From the human T2T-CHM13v2.0 reference genome, Homo sapiens, in NCBI RefSeq assembly GCF_009914755.1, contig NC_060928.1: 64,000 nucleotides of DNA; one strand, given 5' to 3'. Under the pieces are notes generated by a model, which saw only the letters and a list, made by a program, of their open reading frames with translations, searched no databases and was not told the DNA's origin. Both the position numbers and the translations under genes were made by a program. The stretch's first letter is position 1, and each line of letters opens with the position of its first letter. Of the stretch, positions 50,011 through 64,000 are shown piece after piece.

Positions 50011-52623
50011 CCAGCCACATCTTTTATTCCTCTCCAATACCCCAGATGAAGCTAAACTTCAGTAGTGTCAAGTTACTTGTTTTTCCCAACCATGCCATAC
50101 TCTTGTCACCACTATTACTTTTCTTGTTGCAAGACCATTTCCTTCGTTTGTGGCCTATTTTATTTCTAAGACCCAGCTCAAGCATCACTACCCCTGGGAA
50201 GACTTGACTTACATGACTGCTTTCTACTAAAGTCAGTGGCCACTTTGTCCTGTTAGGTTAGCCATTTCTTAGGACCCAGAGATTTTCTCTACTCAATAAC
50301 TTATTGAAATAAATTGTGATGATTTCTTCATCTCTGTACACAACTAGCTCTTTTTGAAGATCAAGACTATATCTTTTTATCTCTGAATTCCCAGTACCTA
50401 GCCCAATGCATGACACATTGTAGGTGGACAATACAGATTTGCTAAATAAATAAAATTTCATGGATCTCTACTGTCCTGCTCAATTTTTTTTCTTTGAATG
50501 AGACTTACCACTGTTAAAACTCTCTAGCTCACAAGTGAAATTTTCCCCATGGGTTAAATTGAAAAATTAATTCATAAATTCATCAACATAACACTTGGAG
50601 AACTGCATCTATTTTCTTATAAGTATATAATAACACCTACTCAACTAGAGATGGTAGAAGGTTGTAACATTTGAGAGGCTCCAGATCCTTCCAGATGCCT
50701 CCTTTGATTTGGTGTTGCATAACAAAACAACACACCCTGAATATTTGCTCCATTTAAATATATTTAAAGAGTCCCAAAATGAATACCATAGATTCTGTAT
50801 CAGCGGGTATGTGTTTTAAAGCAGGTTGTCCATAGCATGGCCAAGTTTTTGCTCTTGTTCTATCAGGTTATTTAAAAACAAGACTTTACTATCTATTCAA
50901 AATGACACCTGATCTAGGTTACCTTTATCAAGTGTAAATGGGAACCTGCAGTACAGGATGCTTTTAATATGATACATTGACTCCTTGTGTTAGTATCAGC
51001 TTTGTCTCTTCCTTGCTTTTTGGCCATGACCAAGTTAATCACTAATGGCCTTAATTTTCTCATCCATAACATGAGGATAACAACGTCCATTTTCCTTAAG
51101 TTTTTTTTGATAATTAAATGAGTTAATATATTAAGACCCTTATAGCAATGCTTGATAAAAACAAACAGTAGCCATTATTAAGTGCTATGTATATCCTACT
51201 GTAGCAGACCAGGCTGGCACTGATCCTTGGTCACTTGCTGCTGAACTTTGGGAGAGCGGAAGTAGCACTACAGAATCATAGAATCGAAAGGGACTTTAAA
51301 GACTTTAGCAAAAATCTCCAGCTTTAGAAAGGAGGAAACTGAGGTCTATCAGGGAAAGGTGACTTGCACAAGTTCACACGTAGCTGGTTTGTGATGGAGT
51401 CAGGATTAGAACCCAGGTTACCCAGTGTGCAACGAATACAAAAAAGCGCTCACTTGGAAGCAGGAGACTTACTGTGTGGTTGGGATCCACCATGAAGTGA
51501 ATAGATCATAGGGTGGAGGAAATTCATGAGCAGGCAGTGTTTAAAGATGTAAGGAAGCAGCCCCCTTCCCCCACCCTAAATGACACTCTCATCTGTTCAC
51601 CAGTGCTGAATAATGATAGTTAATAACAATAAGTGGCATGCATTATTCTTTAATAAGTATTTGTTAAGCTTGTTCTGTGTGTCAGCCTTTCTGTTACAAT
51701 GCTTATATATATTATCTTAATACTCACTACAGTTTTATGAGTTGACTATTATTGGTAGCAGTATTTACTCAATAAATGGTAATGATTACTATTTCTACCT
51801 CCTTGCTATGCTAGGCTGTTAGCATGACTCCATCTCTCTACCTCAGGCTGCGCACTTAATCCATTCTAACCCTGCTGGTTACCAGAACTGCCAATTCTCT
51901 GTTTAGATCTACTTTGCCTAAGATGACACACTTGCCAGAGCACACTCTCCCAAGGACCTGAAGCTCTGTCTGTCCTTCAAGGTGCCTTCCTGACTTTCAC
52001 AGCCAGCTCCAGGGGAGGTTCTAGCCTTACCCCACTCCCTCCTTCCGGCTATCAACTGCGCCATGCCTGCCCAATACCAAGATAGCAGAGATTTTTTCTA
52101 GGAAAGGGTTTTGATAAAGGTTAGCACTCACTGATGATGCTTGGCTATCGGGGTTAGTTGTTTGTGTTAAGTAGGTCGGGGCAGGCAGAGTGGTGAGGAT
52201 GTCCAGCTTTAAAGTAAGGCTGAAAGAAAAACAGAAGATAGCACGTGTAGAAACATTACCAAGTTAACTGTAACATGAGTGAGAGGAAGCACACACACCA
52301 AAATACACACAGGGGGTCACAGTGTTTTTTTTCTAAATCATTTCTGAGTACACCTGGGCATCTCAATCTAGAGGCACAAAGACTGGTCAATTGTAGTCAG
52401 ACAAAGAATACTTAGCTAAATTTTGAAAACTTATACTTTTTAAAACTTCATTATAAATACTATAGCTATACAAAGAAAAAATTGTAAAATATTCATAGTG
52501 CTTATTTCTTAGTAGGATCATAGATAATTCTTATGTTCTTTTATATATTATTTTTCTCCAAAATTTTTTTACAATAATACTGTTTTGCTTTCTAATGATA
52601 CAATGTTTTAAAAATCTAGATTC

Positions 52624-52914
52624 TTTTTTTTTTTGAGATGGAGTCTTGCTCTGTCGCCCAGGCTGGAGTGCAGTGGCCTGATCTAGGCTCACTGCAAGCT
52701 CCGCCTCCCGGGTCACGTCATTCTCCTGCCTCAGCCTCGCGAGTAGCTGGGACTACAGGCACCCGCCACCACGCCTGGCTAATTTTTTGTATTTTTGGTA
52801 GAGACGGGGTTTCACCATGTTAGCCAGGATGGTCTCGATCTCCTAACCTCTTCATCCGCCCACCTCGGCCTTCCAAAGTGCTGGGATTACAGGCGTGAGC
52901 CTCCGCACCTGGCC
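52624..52914 (-). mobile_element. AluY-like
   Basis: GCAAGCTCCGCC and TTAGCCAGGATGGTCTCGATCTCC diagnostics, with CTAGATTCTT TSD. Confidence 0.93.
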
Positions 52915-53399
52915 TAGATTCTTAAAAATATATTAAAGACAAATACAGCATGGAGACTCTTTAAGATTTTAATGATTTAAATACTTCTTTATCTAGCCCT
53001 TGTCAGAAATCTGGAAACATTGAATAGGCTGGTAATACCTCTCGTTTGCAAGCCAGGAGTTATTTGTGAAAAAGGAAGTCACAGTGAAAGAACAGAAAAG
53101 CCTTAGTTATTATGCAACAGACAGGTTTCAGAAGTCCCACAGTGTCTCAACACAGTTATCACCCCAAGTCATAGTTGTCAGAAGAAAACCTTGTTAAGAC
53201 TACAGCTGCCCATGCACAAATTGAAAGTGAACGGGAGGAAACCAAGCAGTTCCTTCCAGCCAAGTTCCTTCCACAAGGCATGGCCCTTCCGGTAACCCCA
53301 ACTGCTCCTATTCAGCCTCTTTTGAATGCCCAGCTCATCAAGAGTTGGCCTTTCATTTCACTCTGCTGACAAGGTTCAGTCATTAACAAAGGCCAACCA

Positions 53400-55180
<1,781 letters not shown>

Positions 55181-55219
55181 TTGAAAAATGTAAATTACTG
55201 GGAAGAGTAATCCATTGCC

Positions 55220-55524
<305 letters not shown>

Positions 55525-56143
55525 ACATTGTCATTTTAATATACAATAAAGTAGTAATTATTATTGCAAACTTCTTTAGCAACATTTTTGTATAAATAAC
55601 TGGGGGATTCCCATTTTTCTGGCAGGCCCCAAAAGTAGTAAATAGACTTTTTTAAAGTCAGTGGATGAAAGTTGCAGAACTCCAGGAGATAAGATGTCAA
55701 CCCCAGAGGTTTTTCAACAAAGTCCTTTTATTTCATGCATAATAAAATTATCAGATATGACCACCACTGATAGTTTCATACTCTGATGTTGAGTTTTCTC
55801 TCCTTTATGGTTGAAGTTTAAGGAGAAATTTGAAGCCCTTTCCCCTATTTAAGGGAGGGAGGAAACCAAAAGAGGTTTGTCCCCAGTCAAGCACTCTGGA
55901 CAGGATCTGGTCTCCCTTGATGTAACATTCCTCTTCCTTTTATATCTAAAGTGATGAACAGTGATGATACAATTGTAACTTCTCTGCACTCATTTGCAAC
56001 TCAGGAACTTGATCTTCCTGTTCCCTTATCCGCTGTTTCGAATAGCAAGCATGCAACAATGCTTGTGACATAATGCAAGAAATAGAGATTATTCCATCTT
56101 CTTATAACAAAGTCCTCTGTTTTTATGTCTTTTTCTTAACTAG

Positions 56144-56195
56144 GAAGTTCTTCTAAATCAGGAATGGATTGAAATCTAATGAACCGAAACTTTGG
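56144..56195 (+). other. ALPK1: Probable ALPK1 non-coding exon 2 (52 nt)
   Basis: Pyrimidine tract plus CTAG acceptor and a strong TGG|GTAAGT donor. Matches the recalled ALPK1 leader. Confidence 0.78.
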
Positions 56196-56364
56196 GTAAG
56201 TTTTCATATGAAACTTTTGAGTTAAGTTATTTTTTCCTAACTACATAGCAATACGTAGTCATTGTAGAAAATAGGAAGAGGAAAACAATAGAAAAGTACC
56301 ACTTTAGAGGCAAACATTCCACATTTTATTGTATTTCCTTCTGATTATTCTTCAATAATTTTTA

Positions 56365-58100
56365 AAAATTGTGGTAAAATACACATAATATAAAATGTAC
56401 CATCTGAACGATTTTAAGTGCACATTTCAATGGTATTAAGTACACTCACATTGTTGCACTGCAATAACTACCATCCATCCACAGAACTCTTTTTTATCTC
56501 ACAAATTTGAAACTCTGCATCCAGTAAAGAATAACTCCCATTTCTCTCTTCCCCAGCCCCTGGCAAACACCATTCTCCTCTCTGTGTCTATCAGTGTGAC
56601 TACTCTAGGTACTTCATATAAGTGATATCATGCTGTATTTGTCCTTTTGTGACTGGCTTCTGTCCTCAAGGTTCATCCATATGTCAGAATTGCCTTCCTT
56701 TTTAAGGTGGAATAATATTTTATTGCATGTACATACCAATTTTGTTTCTCCATTCATCCGTTCAGTGGACTGCTTCCATATTTTGGCTATTACTAATCAT
56801 GTAATGGACATGGGTATATAAATATCTCCTTGAGTTCCTGCTTTCAATTCTTTTGGGTGTATGTAGAAGTAGAATTGCTAGATCATATGGTAATTCTATT
56901 TTTATCTTTCTGAGGAACTGCCGTACAGTGACAATACTGCATAAGATTTCTGATTTCTCCACATCCTTTCCAACATGTTATTTTCTGATTTTTTCATGGC
57001 AGCCATCTTAATGGGTGTGAGGTAGTGTCTCATTGTGCTTTTGATCTGCATTTCTGTAATGATTAGTGATATTGGGGACTTTTTCTGTACTTATTGGCCA
57101 TTTGTATATCTTCTTTGGAGAAATGTCTATTCAAACTTTGCCCATTTTTTTTCAAGCTTTGTCTGCTTTATTCCACTACATTAAGTAAGGCAAAACAGTA
57201 ACCTGTCATTCATAAAGATCAAGGAATGACTCGCATTCCCAAAAGGAACCAAAAAGGATGTTTCTTCACAAATGTGCATGACATTTATCATTATGCTGAT
57301 AAGCACTTTAAACAACAACAAAAAAACTTTAGTGGATGAATCAAATAACAGATCCAAATTAACTTAGCTTTAAGTTTCCAAAATTGTAGTTTCAAATGCT
57401 AATGCTTTGCCCATTTTTTAATTGGGTTGTTTGATTTTTTTGTTGTTGAGTTACAGTTGTTCTTTATATACTCTGGATATTAACTCATTGTCAGATCCAT
57501 GATTTGCAAATATTTTTTCTCATTTCATAGGTTTCCTTTTCACTCTGCTGATTGTGCCCTTTGATGCCCAGAGTTTTCAATTTTGATGTAGTCTAATTTA
57601 TCTATTATTTATTTTGTTGCCTGTGCTTTCCATTTCATATACAAAAAATCACCAAACCCTACTTCATGAAGCCTTCCTCCTATGTGTTCTTCTAAGAGTT
57701 TTCTAGTTTTAACTCTTACATTTGTGTCTTTGGTCCATTATGAGTTAATTTTTGTATGTGGTGTTGTAAAGTAAGGGTCTCACTTCATTCTTCTGTATGT
57801 GGATATACAGTTTTCCCAATACCGTTTGTTGGAAAAAACTATTCTTTCCTCATTGGATGGTCTTGGCACTCTTGTTGGAAGTCATGTGACCCTATATATG
57901 ATGGTTTATTTCTGGGCTTCTTATACATCGATGGTCTATACTACTGTTTGGATTACTATGGCTTCATTGTAAGTTTTGAAATCAGGAAGTGTGAGTCCTC
58001 CAATTTTCCTTTTTTTCAAAATTTTTTTAGCTATTCCAAGTCCCTTGAGATTCTATATAAATTTTAGGATGGATTTTTCTACTTTTGGAAGAAAATGTCA
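56365..58100 (-). mobile_element. Old L1M (L1MB-like) 3' fragment, interrupted by an insertion at 57151-57404
   Basis: Degenerate ORF2 C-terminus (IELPYDLAILLL) and L1M-type 3' UTR. Confidence 0.8.
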
Positions 58101-59744
58101 GTGGTTTTCGATGATTTTTTGCAGAGTTGCTATTACACTGTATGAACAATTTTATATTTTGCTTTGTCTTACTTAAAATTATTACATATATATACCATTA
58201 CAAAATAAATGTTACTTATTATCCAAGCACTTCACAAACATACTTTACAGTGACTACATAAAGGAAATGTACAAATGGAAGTATAATTGAAAGGTCTGAA
58301 AATATGCCTCAAACCACAAGACGTGTGTGTACTTTAGATACTATCGTCATAAAAATGAGAAGAATTTGATTCAAGACATTTCAGGGTATTAGGATGTGAT
58401 ATTTATACTAAGTGAGTAGAAAGGAATTAATAAACAATTGTATTAGTTTAAAAGACCTTTTTAAAGTATATACTTACACTACTTTTGACTAACTACAACT
58501 CTGGGAATCATTTATTTACTCAACAAACATTTATTGATTCTCTATAGTTTCTGAAGTTCTGGGAACCTAGGTATGAATTAAATAGGGTCTTCACCCTCGG
58601 GGGAAGGAAATAAATGCTGAAATTTAATGAAATTTTCATGTGTCATGAACCTTTACTTGCTTATTAAATCTTTGCATCAGTCCTATGAGGAAGTGGTGTT
58701 AACTCCATTTAAAGATGAAGAAACGAGTGTTCATTTCAGAAAAGCTGAGCTACTTATTGAAGGTGACACAGATAGTGAGTGTCAAGGCTAAGTGATTAGC
58801 CCAGGGTCATTTGCCTCTGAAGCTCATATCCTTTTCACTTCTCCAGGTTGCTTCTGTCACTTATGACCTAACATGGAAGACTGGAGTATATGCAACTACC
58901 ATGACAGCAATTAATTCTGCCATATTAGAGTCAAGAAAGTCTTTAGAGAAGTACCTTTATAACCTAAGACTTGAAAACTGATGAGTTTATTAGATAAAAA
59001 TGGGGAGAGGAACATTCATTCATTCATTTATGTGTCCATTCACACAGCTTCTACAGTGTGCTAGTCACAGCATGAGAAGCTGAAATGAAAAAAATGAGTG
59101 AGACACTGTGGTCACCCACAGAAGTCACAGTCTACTGGGAGACAGTTAAGAAACTGAATTATGACAGAGCATGATGTTAGACTCTGCCATACTGTTGAAA
59201 ACAGAGTCCTGGGGACACCATTCCAGAGTACTAAGGGCAAGTTCACAGTGGTAGAAGCGACACTAATGGCAGGTAGTGCTGAGCGTGGCAACTTGGACCC
59301 TCCATGCCAAGTTCAGGAGTTTGTGTTTCATCCTATAGGCAACAATGAGCCAGGAGTTTCTAAGTAGGAAAGTAACACCGTCAGTTCTGCTTTCTAAGAA
59401 CCTATCTGGGCAGCACATGAAGCATAAAGAATGGGAACTGGGAAAGAGACAAGTGGCAGGAAGACCAGCCTGGAGGCTAGTGGTCCAAACTAAACAGGGA
59501 GAAACCCTGAAGCAGGCAGCAAGAAGAGAGACTGAGAAGCAAAGACCATACTTATGAGGTGAGGTTGGCAGCTTTGTTGCCTATAGGGTGTGTGCTGAGA
59601 GTAAGGAAGAATACAAGAGAACATGACCAAAGACTTTGGGGTCATGTACATGTTCAGAACCAGCATTGTTTGCAAGTTATGGACCCATGGAGCATTTAAT
59701 AGATAAGGCTCTTTTGCATTAACAGTATTTCTATTTAGTCATTC

Positions 59745-61992
<2,248 letters not shown>

Positions 61993-62314
61993 ACAACTAT
62001 AATTTTAATCATTGATATATTGAAACATCATAGATTTTGGGACAGTGGATTAGTGAGTTTTTTCATAAGACAAAATTCAAAAAGATTAATGGATCTTTAC
62101 TGAAATGAAATTCAAATACGAGTATTTGTCAGTTGCATAATATGCACTGCTATTTTAATGTTCCACAAAATTTTCCATTTTTACAGGCCATTACTGAGTC
62201 TTATAATTTATTTAGACCTGTTCTGTTGTGTAGAGTGTCACATTTGTTTTCATTAGTAAGTATAAACACACTAGTTAAAAGTGAAATTGCTTATACCTGT
62301 ACTGATAAGTGCCA

Positions 62315-62328
62315 CCAGTAGAGGGCGG
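62315..62328 (+). promoter_or_regulatory. CTCF core motif
   Basis: CCAGTAGAGGGCGG matches CCASYAGRKGGCRS at every position, in unique sequence. Confidence 0.65.
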
Positions 62329-64000
62329 CAGTGAGGCACTAGAAAGAAGAACCAACTTTACTGTCAGAAATTGCAGAAAACCGTCAAGATGGGGGTTGAT
62401 GTGAATGACGGCAAACATTTGTTGGTGTTGGCATCCTCATTAACACCCAGACTGGCTTATTTTATGGGCCAGAAGCTTTGACATAAACATTGTCACAGAA
62501 TTTTCAGATAATCTGATAATGTACTTATAAAGCAAATTTTGTGGAAATTTCTGGTAAGACTGATGAGAATCAACATTAAGAGATATTCTAAAAATTTTAC
62601 ATTATTTCAAAGAGACAAGAGTATGAATTAAAATTAAGCATGCTGTTCTTGTCACTTCAAGAGTGTAGGCAGAGAATTTAATACTTTAGAGATGACAAAA
62701 GGCATCTTACCTTCTTTGAACACTACAGATATCCCTGAAATAAAAAGAAATATTTCCAACTTATCAACAGTAAGCAATGCACAGGATTAATCAACAAGAT
62801 AGGTTACCCAGATTTAGCTTGCATCTGCTTTTATAAACATTTAACAACAACAAATATTTTTTGAGCACCTACTATGTGCTAGGAGTTATTCAAGGTACTG
62901 AGGTTATAGAAGGGAACAAAACAAACTCATTTCCTGCCTTCTTGGAGTTTAAATTATAGTGAGGAAGACAGATATTAAACAAAGCTGCATAATTAATTCA
63001 TTAGTTACAATGGAGAAAAACAAAAAATAGGAAACAATCTACCACAGGGCCCCAGATCAATGAGTTTGGCCTCAAATCAAAAAGGGGAAATTAAGTGAAA
63101 TTGAAATAGGACTCAAGAACGAATTAAGTTCTTAATACCCATTTATGTCATTTATTTCCCTTAAAAATAAATAAAATAGATAAGGTAAAATTAACAGATT
63201 CATGGAAATAACATTACTAAAGAGTATTTGAGTAGCTGCTATACAGCAATAAAGTACTTTGCCAATGTAAAGTGTTGTTAAAATGCCCCATGCCTGCCTG
63301 AGCACCTAAACTTGATTAAAGTCTGTGTCAGTCATCAGCCCAGCCACAGCCACCCCTGAGAACCTGGACTTCCTGCTGACCGCAGTCACTTTCTACAAGG
63401 TCCCTCTGTGTCTTTGCTCTTGCTGTGCCCCACATCTCACCACATCTGTCTGATGTGCATCTCTTCACACTGCCATCCACCCCTGCTCCTCAGAGCCTAC
63501 CCCTTTCACTTCCACTGTCTGGAGTCCTACCCATCTTTCAATGTCCTAGTCGGTCTTCTAAGCAAAGCGTATCTTAACTAAACCTCCTTTCCCTGTATAA
63601 AAAATCATTATTTTTTTCCTCAAAGTGGTAAATTAAACTACAAATCACAATCATTCTTTGCCCATTCTTTGCTTGGAATTTTGCTATATCTGAGCAGATT
63701 CAGTCTTTTATTTCAGACCTATTTGCCTGTCATCTCTAGTAAACCCTGAGCCCTAAAATTCCAGAACTATGTCTAATTCATCCTTATATCACCTTACAGA
63801 TCCTGGCACATAGCAGGTATCCAGAAAATTTTGGTTAATTTGCATTATTGGTGCCACAAATCTTAATCTTTAACAATTTGATTTTTTTGAAAAGCATGGA
63901 ATTGGTAATACACAGGCTATACGTTTTGGACAACATAGAACACACAAAAAATAAATGTATGTCAAATAAAGTTGCCATTTTTGCCTTTATCCTATTTCAG

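Overview
Human (or very close primate) genomic DNA, recognisable from memory as the 4q25 AP1AR-TIFA-ALPK1 locus. The + strand carries the last six coding exons and 3' UTR of AP1AR (gadkin). The - strand carries the complete two-exon TIFA gene (184 aa FHA adaptor), with its promoter in a CpG island at about 26 kb. The + strand also carries two probable non-coding 5' exons of ALPK1 (about 37.7 kb and 56.1 kb); the ALPK1 coding region lies beyond the window. The rest is repeat-rich: about 20 Alus, several LTRs, MER1A, L2/MIR, a Y1 RNA retrocopy and old L1 fragments. The most interesting observations are: (1) the ADP-heptose sensor kinase and its substrate adaptor lie head-to-head, with NF-kB sites at both promoters and a strong + strand donor inside TIFA exon 1; (2) a near full-length L1PA4/5 whose 5'UTR looks spliced, which rewires ORF0; (3) the spliced TIFA leader is open and in frame with the CDS; (4) two TSD-flanked orphan retro-insertions; (5) a palindromic, two-strand poly(A) signal. 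Repeat subfamilies and ALPK1 exon identities come from recall, not from database searches. Nothing here can be shown from sequence alone to be a wholly new system.
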